This document shows positions 48,401-61,140 of a stretch of DNA of 64,000 nucleotides, in pieces (position 1 is the first letter of the stretch; each line of letters opens with the position of its first letter). The position numbers and the translations under genes are program-made. Under the pieces are notes generated by a model. It ran no database searches, was not told the origin of the DNA, and saw only the letters and a program-made list of their open reading frames with translations. Source of the DNA: Eledone cirrhosa (taxonomy: Eukaryota); assembly GCA_964016885.1 (NCBI GenBank), contig OZ024740.1, forward strand, positions 441,130,001 through 441,194,000, written 5' to 3'.

Positions 48401-51400
48401 CCAATCTAAAGTGACCATGTATATGTCAAATCAAGTGACCAATCCAAAGTGACCATGTATATGTCAAATCAAGTGACCAATCCAAAGTGACCATATATAT
48501 GTCAAATCAAGTGACCAATCCAAAGTGACCATGTACATGTCAAATCAAATGACCAATCTAAAGTGACCATATATATGTCAAATCAAGTGACCAATCCAAA
48601 TTGACCATGTATATGTCAAATCAAATGACCAATCTAAAGTGACCATATATATGTCAAATCAAGTGACCAATCCAAAGTGACCATGTATATGTCAAATCAA
48701 ATGACCAATCTAAAGTGACCATATATATGTCAAATCAAGTGACCAATCCAAAGTGACCATGTATATGTCAAATCAAATGACCAATCTAAAGTGACCATAT
48801 ATATGTCAAATCAAGTGACCAATCCAAAGTGACCATGTATATGTCAAATCAAATGACCAATCTAAAGTGACCATATATATGTCAAATCAAGTGACCAATC
48901 CAAAGTGACCATGTATATGTCAAATCAAATGACCAATCTAAAGTGACCATATATATGTCAAATCAAGTGACCAATCCAAAGTGACCATGTATATGTCAAA
49001 TCAAATGACCAATCTAAAGTGACCATATATATGTCAAATCAAGTGACCAATCCAAAGTGACCATGTATATGTCAAATCAAATGACCAATCTAAAGTGACC
49101 ATATATATGTCAAATCAAGTGACCAATCCAAAGTGACCATGTATATGTCAAATCAAGTGACCAATCCAAAGTGACCATGTATATGTCAAATCAAATGACC
49201 AATCCAAAGTAACCATATATATTTCAAATCAAATGACCTATCTAAAGTGACCATATATATGTCAAATCAAGTGACCAATCCAAAGTGACCATGTATATGT
49301 CAAATCAAGTGACCAATACAAAGTGACCATGTGTATGTCAAATCAAGTGACCAATCCAAAGTGACCATGTATATGTCAAATCAAGTGACCAATCCAAAGT
49401 GACCATGTATATGTCAAATCAAGTGACCAATCCAAAGTGACCATGTACATGTCAAATCAAGTGACCAATCTAAAGTGACCATATATATGTCAAATCAAAT
49501 GACCAATCCAAAGTGACCATATATATGTCAAATCAAGTGACCAATCCAAAGTGACCATGTACATGTCAAATCAAGTGACCAATCTAAAGTGACCATATAT
49601 ATGTCAAATCAAATGACCAATCCAAAGTGACCATATATATGTCAAATCAAGTGACCAATTTAAAGTGACCATGTATATGTCAAATCAAGTGACCAATCCA
49701 AAGTGACCATATATATGTCAAATCAAGTGACCATATATATGTCAAATCAAGTGACCAATCCAAAGTGACCATATATATGTCAAATCAAGTGACCAATCCA
49801 AAGTGACAATGTATATGTCAAATCAAATGACCAATCCAAAGTGATCATATATATGTCAAATCAAATGACCAATCCAAAGTGACCATATATATGTCAAATC
49901 AAATGACCAATCCAAAGTGACCATATATATGTCAAATCAAATGACCAATCCAAAGTGACCATATACATGTCAAATCAAATGACCAATCCAAAGTGACCAT
50001 ATATATGTCAAATCAAGTGACCAATCCAAAGTGACCATATATATGTCAAATCAAGTGACCAATCCAAAGTGACCATATATATGGCAAATCAAGTGACCAA
50101 TCCAAAGTGACCATATATATGTCAAATCAAGTGACCAATCCAAAGTGACCATGTATATGTCAAATCAAGTGACCAATCCAAAGTGACCATGTGTATGTCA
50201 AATCAAGTGACCAATCCAAAGTGACCATGTATATGTCAAATCAAGTGACCAATCCAAAGTGACCGTATATATGTCAAATCAAGTGACCAATCCAAAGTGA
50301 CCATATATATGTCAAATCAAGTGACCAATCCAAAGTGACCATGTATATGTCAAATCAAGTGACCAATCCAAAGTGACCATATATATGTCAAATCAAGTGA
50401 CCAATCCAAAGTGACCATGTATATGTCAAATCAAGTGACCAATCCAAAGTGACCATATATATGTCAAATCAAGTGACCAATCCAAAGTGACCATATATAT
50501 GTCAAATCAAGTGACCAATCCAAAGTGACCATGTATATTTCAAATCAAGTGACCAATCCAAAGTGACCATATATATGTCAAATCAAGTGACCAATTCAAA
50601 GTGACCATGTATATGTCAAATCAAATGACCAATCCAAAGTGACCATATATATGTCAAATCAAATGACCAATCCAAAGTGACCATGTATATGTCAAATCAA
50701 GTGACCAATTCCAAAGTGACCATGTATATGTCAAATCAAGTGACCAATCCAAAGTGACCATGTATATGTCAAATCAAGTGACCAATCCAAAGTGACCATA
50801 TATATGTCAAATCAAGTGACCAATCCAAAGTGACCATATATATGTCAAATCAAGTGACCAATCCAAAGTGACCATGTATATGTCAAATCAAGTAACCAAT
50901 CCAAAGTGACCATATATATGTCAAATCAAGTGACCAATCCAAAGTGACCATATATATGTCAAATCAAGTGACCAATCCAAAGTGACCATGTGTATGTCAA
51001 ATCAAGTGACCAATCCAAAGTGACCATATATATGTCAAATCAAGTGACCAATCCAAAGTGACAATATATATGTCAAATCAAGTGACCAATCCAAAGTGAC
51101 CATGTACATGTCAAATCAAGTGACCAATCCAAAGTGACCATATATATGTCAAATCAAATGACCAATCCAAAGTGACCATATGTATGTCAAATCAAGTGAC
51201 CAATCCAAAGTGACCATATATATGTCAAATCAAGTGACCAATCCAAAGTGACCATATATATGTCAAATCAAGTGACCAATCCAAAGTGACCATGTGTATG
51301 TCAAATCAAGTGACCAATCCAAAGTGACCATATATATGTCAAATCAAGTGACCAATCCAAAGTGACCATGTATATGTCAAATCAAGTAACCAATCCAAAG

Positions 51401-54400
51401 TGACCATATATATGTCAAATCAAGTGACCAATCCAAAGTGACCATATATATGTCAAATCAAGTGACCAATCCAAAGTGACCATGTGTATGTCAAATCAAG
51501 TGACCAATCCAAAGTGACCATATATATGTCAAATCAAGTGACCAATCCAAAGTGACAATATATATGTCAAATCAAGTAACCAATCCAAAGTGACCATATA
51601 TATGTCAAATCAAGTGACCAATCCAAAGTGACCATATATATGTCAAATCAAGTGACCAATCCAAAGTGACCATGTGCATGTCAAATCAAGTGACCAATCC
51701 AAAGTGACCATATATATGTCAAATCAAGTGACCAATCCAAAGTGACAATATATATGTCAAATCAAGTGACCAATCCAAAGTGACCATATATATGTCAAAT
51801 CAAGTGACCAATCCAAAGTGACCATATATATGTCAAATCAAGTGACCAATCCAAAGTGACCATGTGTATGTCAAATCAAGTGACCAATCCAAAGTGACCA
51901 TATATATGTCAAATCAAGTGACCAATCCAAAGTGACCATATATATGTCAAATCAAGTGACCAATCCAAAGTGACCATATATATGTCAAATCAAGTGACCA
52001 ATCCAAAGTGACCATGTATATGTCAAATCAAGTGACCAATCCAAAGTGACCATATATATGTCAAATCAAGTGACCAATCCAAAGTGACCATGTATATGTC
52101 AAATCAAGTGACCAATCCAAAGTGACCATGTACATGTCAAATCAAGTGACCAATCCAAAGTGACCATGTATATGTCAAATCAAGTGACCAATCCAAAGTG
52201 ACCATATATATGTCAAATCAAGTGACCAATCCAAAGTGACCATGTATATGTCAAATCAAGTGACCAATCCAAAGTGACCATGTATATGTCAAATCAAGTG
52301 ACCAATCCAAAGTGACCATATATATGTCAAATCAAGTGACCAATCCAAAGTGACCATGTACATGTCAAATCAAGTGACCAATCCAAAGTGACCATATATA
52401 TGTCAAATCAAGTGACCAATCCAAAGTGACCATGTACATGTCAAATCAAGTGACCAATCCAAAGTGACCATATATATGTCAAATCAAGTGACCAATCCAA
52501 AGTGACCATGTGTATGTCAAATCAAGTGACCAATCCAAAGTGACCATATATATGTCAAATCAAGTGACCAATCCAAAGTGACCATATATATGTCAAATCA
52601 AGTGACCAATCCAAAGTGACCATGTACATGTCAAATCAAGTGACCAATCCAAAGTGACCATATATATGTCAAATCAAGTGACCAATCCAAAGTGACCATA
52701 TATATGTCAAATCAAGTGACCAATCCAAAGTGACCATGTACATGTCAAATCAAGTGACCAATCCAAAGTGACCATATATATGTCAAATCAAGTGACCAAT
52801 CCAAAGTGACCATATATATGTCAAATCAAGTGACCAATCCAAAGTGACCATGTACATGTCAAATCAAGTGACCAATCCAAAGTGACCATGTACATGTCAA
52901 ATCAAGTGACCAATCCAAAGTGACCATATATATGTCAAATCAAGTGACCAATCCAAAGTGACCATGTACATGTCAAATCAAGTGACCAATCCAAAGTGAC
53001 CATATATATGTCAAATCAAGTGACCAATCCAAAGTGACCATGTATATGTCAAATCAAGTGACCAATCCAAAGTGACCATGTATATGTCCAATCAAGTGAC
53101 CAATCCAAAGTGACCATGTATATGTCAAATCAAGTGACCAATCCAAAGTGACCATATATATGTCAAATCAAGTGACCAATCCAAAGTGACCATATATATG
53201 TCAAATCAAGTGACCAATCCAAAGTGACCATGTATATGTCAAATCAAGTGACCAATCCAAAGTGACCATATATATGTCAAATCAAGTGACCAATTCAAAG
53301 TGACCATGTATATGTCAAATCAAATGACCAATCCAAAGTGACCATATATATGTCAAATCAAATGACCAATCCAAAGTGACCATGTATATGTCAAATCAAG
53401 TGACCAATTCCAAAGTGACCATGTATATGTCAAATCAAGTGACCAATCCAAAGTGACCATGTATATGTCAAATCAAGTGACCAATCCAAAGTGACCATAT
53501 ATATGTCAAATCAAGTGACCAATCCAAAGTGACCATGTATATGTCAAATCAAGTAACCAATCCAAAGTGACCATATATATGTCAAATCAAGTGACCAATC
53601 CAAAGTGACCATGTATATGTCAAATCAAGTGACCAATTCCAAAGTGACCATGTATATGTCAAATCAAGTGACCAATCCAAAGTGACCATATATATGTCAA
53701 ATCAAGTGACCAATCCAAAGTGACCATATATATGTCAAATCAAGTGACCAATCCAAAGTGACCATGTATATGTCAAATCAAGTAACCAATCCAAAGTGAC
53801 CATATATATGTCAAATCAAGTGACCAATCCAAAGTGACCATATATATGTCAAATCAAGTGACCAATCCAAAGTGACCATGTGTATGTCAAATCAAGTGAC
53901 CAATCCAAAGTGACCATATATATGTCAAATCAAGTGACCAATCCAAAGTGACAATATATATGTCAAATCAAGTGACCAATCCAAAGTGACCATGTACATG
54001 TCAAATCAAGTGACCAATCCAAAGTGACCATATATATGTCAAATCAAATGACCAATCCAAAGTGACCATATGTATGTCAAATCAAGTGACCAATCCAAAG
54101 TGACCATATATATGTCAAATCAAGTGACCAATCCAAAGTGACCATATATATGTCAAATCAAGTGACCAATCCAAAGTGACCATGTGTATGTCAAATCAAG
54201 TGACCAATCCAAAGTGACCATATATATGTCAAATCAAGTGACCAATCCAAAGTGACCATGTATATGTCAAATCAAGTAACCAATCCAAAGTGACCATATA
54301 TATGTCAAATCAAGTGACCAATCCAAAGTGACCATATATATGTCAAATCAAGTGACCAATCCAAAGTGACCATGTGTATGTCAAATCAAGTGACCAATCC

Positions 54401-55406
54401 AAAGTGACCATATATATGTCAAATCAAGTGACCAATCCAAAGTGACAATATATATGTCAAATCAAGTAACCAATCCAAAGTGACCATATATATGTCAAAT
54501 CAAGTGACCAATCCAAAGTGACCATATATATGTCAAATCAAGTGACCAATCCAAAGTGACCATGTGTATGTCAAATCAAGTGACCAATCCAAAGTGACCA
54601 TATATATGTCAAATCAAGTGACCAATCCAAAGTAACCATATATATGTCAAATCAAGTGACCAATCCAAAGTGACCATGTACATGTCAAATCAAGTGACCA
54701 ATCCAAAGTGACCATATATATGTCAAATCAAGTGACCAATCCAAAGTGACCATGTACATGTCAAATCAAGTGACCAATCCAAAGTGACCATATATATGTC
54801 AAATCAAGTGACCAATCCAAAGTGACCATGTGTATGTCAAATCAAGTGACCAATCCAAAGTGACCATATATATGTCAAATCAAGTGACCAATCCAAAGTG
54901 ACCATATATATGTCAAATCAAGTGACCAATCCAAAGTGACCATGTATATGTCAAATCAAGTGACCAATCCAAAGTGACCATATATATGTCAAATCAAGTG
55001 ACCAATCCAAAGTGACCATATATATGTCAAATCAAGTGACCAATCCAAAGTGACCATGTACATGTCAAATCAAGTGACCAATCCAAAGTGACCATATATA
55101 TGTCAAATCAAGTGACCAATCCAAAGTGACCATATATATGTCAAATCAAGTGACCAATCCAAAGTGACCATGTACATGTCAAATCAAGTGACCAATCCAA
55201 AGTGACCATGTACATGTCAAATCAAGTGACCAATCCAAAGTGACCATATATATGTCAAATCAAGTGACCAATCCAAAGTGACCATGTACATGTCAAATCA
55301 AGTGACCAATCCAAAGTGACCATATATATGTCAAATCAAGTGACCAATCCAAAGTGACCATGTATATGTCAAATCAAGTGACCAATCCAAAGTGACCATA
55401 TATATG
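15411..55406. repeat. 38-bp satellite array, ~40 kb, ~1050 monomers, single orientation
   Basis: Consensus CCAATCCAAAGTGACCATRTATATGTCAAATCAAGTGA; period 38 (gtgaccat at 15421 and 15459); no interruption by foreign sequence seen. Confidence 0.99.
15449..30715. repeat. Three copies of a 5079-bp higher-order repeat (134 monomers)
   Basis: Rare variants recur at 5079-bp spacing: tggcaatcc at 17992/23071/28150 and tgaccaggag at 19551/24630/29709. Confidence 0.93.
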
Positions 55407-55414
55407 CTGTATAC

Positions 55415-55520
55415 TTCCTTGATTTGGATAAAATAAAATAAAGGGGGATCAGTTAATTGAGATTTTATTCAACATATTCCCCTCTCAGATTCACATACTA
55501 CGTGCAGGGGTCTTTCAGGT
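55415..55520 (-). mobile_element. Mariner transposase 3'-end remnant
   Basis: Minus strand translates LKDPCT*YVNLRGEYVE*, resembling the mariner C-terminal KCV...G.YVE motif. Confidence 0.6.
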
Positions 55521-55615
55521 TCGGCCTCCAGCTAGGCCTCTGTAGCAGCGATCAAGCCTGGACGATTTCAGCACCCACTCGTATATTGCCCCTGTAAAAC
55601 TTGAAATTAACTGGA

Positions 55616-55865
55616 CAGAAGGTGATCTCCGACTTGCACTCACTAGGTTCGATTCCGAGTGTTGGATGGCCCGAAAGAAAATCAGTGCTGCGAAAAGAAG
55701 CCTGCACAGAGCACTCTATAAGTGAATAAGTTCCCGTGAAGCAGGTAGAAGGGTTCAAATATCTCGGGGCCGTGTTCACAAGTGATGGAAAGCAGGGGGC
55801 TAAATTAAGTGCAGGAATTGCAAGAGCTAGTGTAGTAATGCCCCAGTTTCAGTATTTAGTATTCA
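55616..55865 (+). mobile_element. RTE-clade (Expander/Rex3-like) reverse transcriptase fragment
   Basis: TEGDLRLALTRFDSECWMARKKISAAK ... KQVEGFKYLGAVFTSDGK..LSAGIARASVVM matches the region following the catalytic DD motif of RTE RTs. Confidence 0.7.
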
Positions 55866-56174
55866 GAAAACCTTCTACATATTTCTACCGACTTCCATTT
55901 CCTACTCTCCTGAATATGGAACTTGTTTGACAGAGTTGTTAGGGCTCCAGTTTAAAATATCTTGATATTTGGTCCGGAAGTGTACTCGGTGACCCACTTT
56001 AACTTTCATCATTTCATGGTTTATAAATAGCATGATGATGTTGGGTATAAATTGGTAAGGTGGAAAATTAATTATAAAATTTCGAGAAACTGATGAAGAT
56101 AAGAAAAACAACATTCTATATCTGGGTTGGAAAGTTAATATTTCATTTGTAAATAAAAAAAATAAAACATACGT

Positions 56175-56197
56175 CGCTGTGGGCAGGATTCGAACCT
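56175..56197 (-). pseudogene. 3' remnant of tRNA-Ser in the edge unit
   Basis: cgctgtgggcaggattcgaacct, then a jump to cagtaagtagtggcgg; about 170 bp missing relative to the other units. Confidence 0.8.
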
Positions 56198-56872
56198 ACA
56201 GTAAGTAGTGGCGGACTGGCCTCGTTGCCAGGTTGCCTAATGGTAGCATTGCAAGAGCACACAGTATCATTGCAGGGCCCACTATAGTATTTTAGGAGCC
56301 AATGCTTTGCTTTCAAAAAATACCTGAAATCTAAGATAAAGAATAAGGTTTTAAAACAATAAATAAAACAATTAAGGAAAGCATTTGGTCAACCAAATTC
56401 CCCAGGGTATTACTGGAAACCAAATATACCATAGTGCAAGTAGCTGGAATCAAGGTTTGTACATTCTACTAAATCTAAAGCTTAGTGTATTCATTCATGC
56501 AGGCAAACATACATATATAGACACACACACACAAGCATATGTATATATATATGTATATACTTACACACGAAATACTAACTAAATAATATTTGGTATCAAT
56601 GGGTTAAAGACATCTGTCAAATCAATTAGTGATGATGGAGGGGGAGAAATTAGGTGGAACAGAAATGAAACATGGATTACAGGTTAAAATATAGTCTAGA
56701 AAGATGAGAAACAAAACGAGGATGTAGTTTTTGGAACACCCAAATGATTTAGAGTTCGACCTTAAGTAGAAGCAATAACATTAAGAAAGTCATGAACGAA
56801 ACCACAACACTTCGGTTTGAACATTTTAAAAGTAGGTTTATAAGTATGAATTTTCGTAAGATATTCGTAGTT

Positions 56873-56945
56873 GTCTCTGTGGCCTAGCGGTAAGTACTAG
56901 AGCCCGTAGAGATCCTGTCCTTGGGTTCAATCCTGGTCAAGAGTT
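56873..56945 (+). other. Degenerate tRNA-like Pol III unit (A box, B box, T6 at 56956-56961), one per repeat
   Basis: TGGCCTAGCGG (A box) and GGGTTCAATCC (B-box-like) at tRNA-like spacing, but the stems pair poorly. Also at 58559, 60244, 61925 and 63609. Confidence 0.55.
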
Positions 56946-57688
56946 ACATGTATTCTTTTTTCAGTATTTATTTTACAACCCATAGAAACTATAAACTGAA
57001 AAGGTTTACGGAGAACACTACTCCCGACCTGTACAATCATCAGGTAACGAACTATGTGACATTTGGTGCCACCAGAAAAGATGGTGTAATGGTATTATCT
57101 TACTCTTATTATTTCTTAACAAATAACTGTTCTCCTTAGTAGAGCTCTTAATTTCTTCCTGAAATGTCTGCCAGAGATCTAGAAATTCCAATATTCTGTT
57201 ATACACATCTCACTAAGTAGAATGGTAAGATCAATGTCGTCTGATTATAGTTTTGAGATGTGAGAAATCTAAAAATCAGAACACTAATTCTTCGTTGGTA
57301 CTACTGTGATGAGGTAATGACGCTGAATGGATAACTAGCGGGTATATATAGACACATCAGGAAATCACAATTAAATCTAGTGTATCACGTGATACGTCAT
57401 ATGCTGCAAATATCACAACGAGATCTAACAACGAGAAAGATAAAATGGAGAATATAAAACCAAAATGGAAGACGGGATAAATGTGTAAAATTCGAGAAAT
57501 GAAACAAATATATATCTGTAATAGATAATAGAATTAAATAGCATAATATTATGTTCTATATAACCTGGTAAGATGGATGTTTAATTATAAACTTTAGAGA
57601 AACTGTAGAAGATGAGAAAAACAACATTCTATATCTGAGTTGGAAAGTTGATATTTCATTTGTAAATAAAAAAAAATAAAACATACGT

Positions 57689-57770
57689 CGCTGCGGGCAG
57701 GATTCGAACCTGCGCGGGTAACACCCATTGGATTTCAAGTCCAACGCCTTAACCACTCGGCCACCACAGC
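57689..57770 (-). tRNA. tRNA-Ser(TGA)
   Basis: GCTGTGG/CCGCAGC acceptor stem, TTGGA-CTTGAAA-TCCAA anticodon arm, GGGT-GTT-ACCC variable arm, GCAGG-TTCGAAT-CCTGC T arm, G discriminator, downstream oligo-T. Confidence 0.96.
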
Positions 57771-59373
57771 AGGCTTAGAATACCCGTCTTTCAATTGATC
57801 TTTTAAAATTATCAACAGATTTTCATTTTTTTATTTAGAAAGAGAGAAATGTAAATAGCTAGATTGTTATACGATGTTTTATGTCAGTAAGTAGTGGCGG
57901 ACTGGCCTGGTTGCCAGGTTGCCTAATGGTAGCATTGCAAGAGCCCACAGCATCATTGCAGGGCCCACTATAGTATTTTAGGAGCCAATGCTTTGCTTTC
58001 AAAAAATACCTGAAATCTAAGATAAAGAATAAGGTTTTAAAACAATAAATAAAACAATTAAGGAAAGCATTTGGTTAACCAAATACCCCAGGGTATTACT
58101 GGAATCCAAATATACCATAGTGCAAGTAGCTGGAATCAAGGTTTGTACATTCTACTAAATCTAAAGCTTAATGTATTCATTCATGCAGGCAAACATACAT
58201 ATATAGACACACACACACAAGCATATGTATATATATATTTATATACTTGCACACGAAATACTAACTAAATAATATTTGGTATCAATGGGTTAAAGACATC
58301 TGTCAAATCAATTAGTGATGATGGAGGGGGAAAAATTAGGTGGAACAGAAATGAAACATGGATTACAGGTTAAAATATAGTCTAGATAGATGAGAAACAA
58401 AACGAGGATGTAGTTTTTGGAACACCCAAATGATTTAGAGGTCGACCTTAAGTAGAAGCAATAACATTAAGAAAGTCATGAACGAAACCACAACACTTCG
58501 GTTTGAACATTTTAAAAGTAGGTTTATAAGTATGAATTTTCGTAAGATATTCGTAGTTGTCTCTGTGGCCTAGCGGTAAGTACTAGAGACCGTAGAGATC
58601 CTGTCCTTGGGTTCAATCCTGGTCAAGAGTTACATGTATTCTTTTTTCAGTATTTATTTTACAACCCATAGAAACTATAAACTGAAAAGGTTTACGGAGA
58701 ACACTACTCCCGACCTGTACAATCATCAGGTAACGAACTATGTGACATTTGGTGCCACCAGAAAAGATGGTGTAATGGTATTATCTTACTCTTATTATTC
58801 ATTAACAAATAACTGTTCTCCTTAGTAGAGCTCTTAATTTCTTCCTGAAATGTCTGCCAGAGATCTAGAAATTCCAATATTCTGTTATACACATCTCACT
58901 AAGTAGAATGGTAAGATCAATGTCGTCTGATTATAGTTTTGAGATGTGATAAATCTAAAAATCAGAACACTAATTCTTCGTTGGTACTACTGTGATGAGG
59001 TAATGACGCTGAATGGATAACTAGCGGGTATATATAGACACATCAGGAAATCACAATTAAATCTAGTGTATCACGTGATACGTCATATGCTGCAAATATC
59101 ACAACGAGATCTAACAACGAGAAAGATAAAATGGAGAATATAAAACCAAAATGGAAGACGGGATAAATGTGTAAAATTCGAGAAATGAAACAAATATATA
59201 TCTGTAATAGATAATAGAATTAAATAGCATAATATTATGTTCTATATAACCTGGTAAGATGGATGTTTAATTATAAACTTTAGAGAAACTGTAGAAGATG
59301 AGAAAAACAACATTCTATACTGAGTTGGAAAGTTGATATTTCATTTGTAAATAAAAAAAAATAAAACATACGT

Positions 59374-59455
59374 CGCTGCGGGCAGGATTCGAACCTGCGC
59401 GGGTAACACCCATTGGATTTCAAGTCCAACGCCTTAACCACTCGGCCACCACAGC
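59374..59455 (-). tRNA. tRNA-Ser(TGA)
   Basis: Identical to 57689-57770. Confidence 0.96.
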
Positions 59456-61058
59456 AGGCTTAGAATACCCCTCTTTCAATTGATCTTTTAAAATTATCAA
59501 CAGATTTTCATTTTTTTATTTAGAAAGAGAGAAATGTAAATAGCTAGATTGTTATACGATGTTTTATGTCAGTAAGTAGTGGCGGACTGGCCTGGTTGCC
59601 AGGTTGCCTAATGGTAGCATTGCAAGAGCCCACAGCATCATTGCAGGGCCCACTATAGTATTTTAGGAGCCAATGCTTTGCTTTCAAAAAATACCTGAAA
59701 TCTAAGATAAAGAATAAGGTTTTAAAACAATAAATAAAACAATTAAGGAAAGCATTTGGTCAACCAAATACCCCAGGGTATTACTGGAATCCAAATATAC
59801 CATAGTGCAAGTAGCTGGAATCAAGGTTTGTACATTCTACTAAATCTAAAGCTTAATGTATTCATTCATGCAGGCAAACATACATATATAGACACACACA
59901 CACAAGCATATGTATATATATATTTATATACTTGCACACGAAATACTAACTAAATAATATTTGGTATCAATGGGTTAAAGACATCTGTCAAATCAATTAG
60001 TGATGATGGAGGGGGAGAAATTAGGTGGAACAGAAATGAAACATGGATTACAGGTTAAAATATAGTCTAGATAGATGAGAAACAAAACGAGGATGTAGTT
60101 TTTGGAACACCCAAATGATTTAGAGGTCGACCTTAAGTAGGAGCAATAACATTAAGAAAGTCATGAACGAAACCACAACACTTCGGTTTGAACATTTTAA
60201 AAGTAGGTTTATAAGTATGAATTTTCGTAAGATATTCGTAGTTGTCTCTGTGGCCTAGCGGTAAGTACTAGAGACCGTAGAGATCCTGTCCTTGGGTTCA
60301 ATCCTGGTCAAGAGTTACATGTATTCTTTTTTCAGTATTTATTTTACAACCCATAGAAACTATAAACTGAAAAGGTTTACGGAGAACACTACTCCCGACC
60401 TGTACAATCATCAGGTAACGAACTATGTGACATTTGGTGCCATCAGAAAAGATGGTGTAATGGTATTATCTTACTCTTATTATTCATTAACAAATAACTG
60501 TTCTCCTTAGTAGAGCTCTTAATTTCTTCCTGAAATGTCTGCCAGAGATCTAGAAATTCCAATATTCTGTTATACACATCTCACTAAGTAGAATGGTAAG
60601 ATCAATGTCGTCTGATTATAGTTTTGAGATGTGATAAATCTAAAAATCAGAACACTAATTCTTCGTTGGTACTACTGTGATGAGGTAATGACGCTGAATG
60701 GATAACTAGCGGGTATATATAGACACATCAGGAAATCACAACTAAATCTAGTGTATCACGTGATACGTCATATGCTGCAAATATCACAACGAGATCTAAC
60801 AACGAGAAAGATAAAATGGAGAATATAAAACCAAAATGGAAGACGGGATAAATGTGTAAAATTCGAGAAATGAAACAAATATATATCTGTAGTAGATAAT
60901 AGAATTAAATAGCATAATATTATGTTCTATATAACCTGGTAAGATGGATTTTTAATTATAAACTTTAGAGAAACTGTAGAAGATGAGAAAAACAACATTC
61001 TATATCTGAGTTGGAAAGTTGATATTTCATTTGTAAATAAAAAAAATAAAACATACGT

Positions 61059-61140
61059 CGCTGCGGGCAGGATTCGAACCTGCGCGGGTAACACCCATTG
61101 GATTTCAAGTCCAACGCCTTAACCACTCGGCCACCACAGC
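61059..61140 (-). tRNA. tRNA-Ser(TGA)
   Basis: Identical to 57689-57770. Confidence 0.96.

Noticed and set aside
15411-55406. CRISPR-like array or telomeric repeat
   Set aside because: No unique spacers, only a few recurrent variants; no cas genes; eukaryotic context; no TTAGGG-type motif.
57307-57326. GTGATGA...CTGA resembling C/D-box snoRNA motifs
   Set aside because: The boxes are only about 9 nt apart with no terminal stem. The other TGATGA (~56630) has no D box at a suitable distance.
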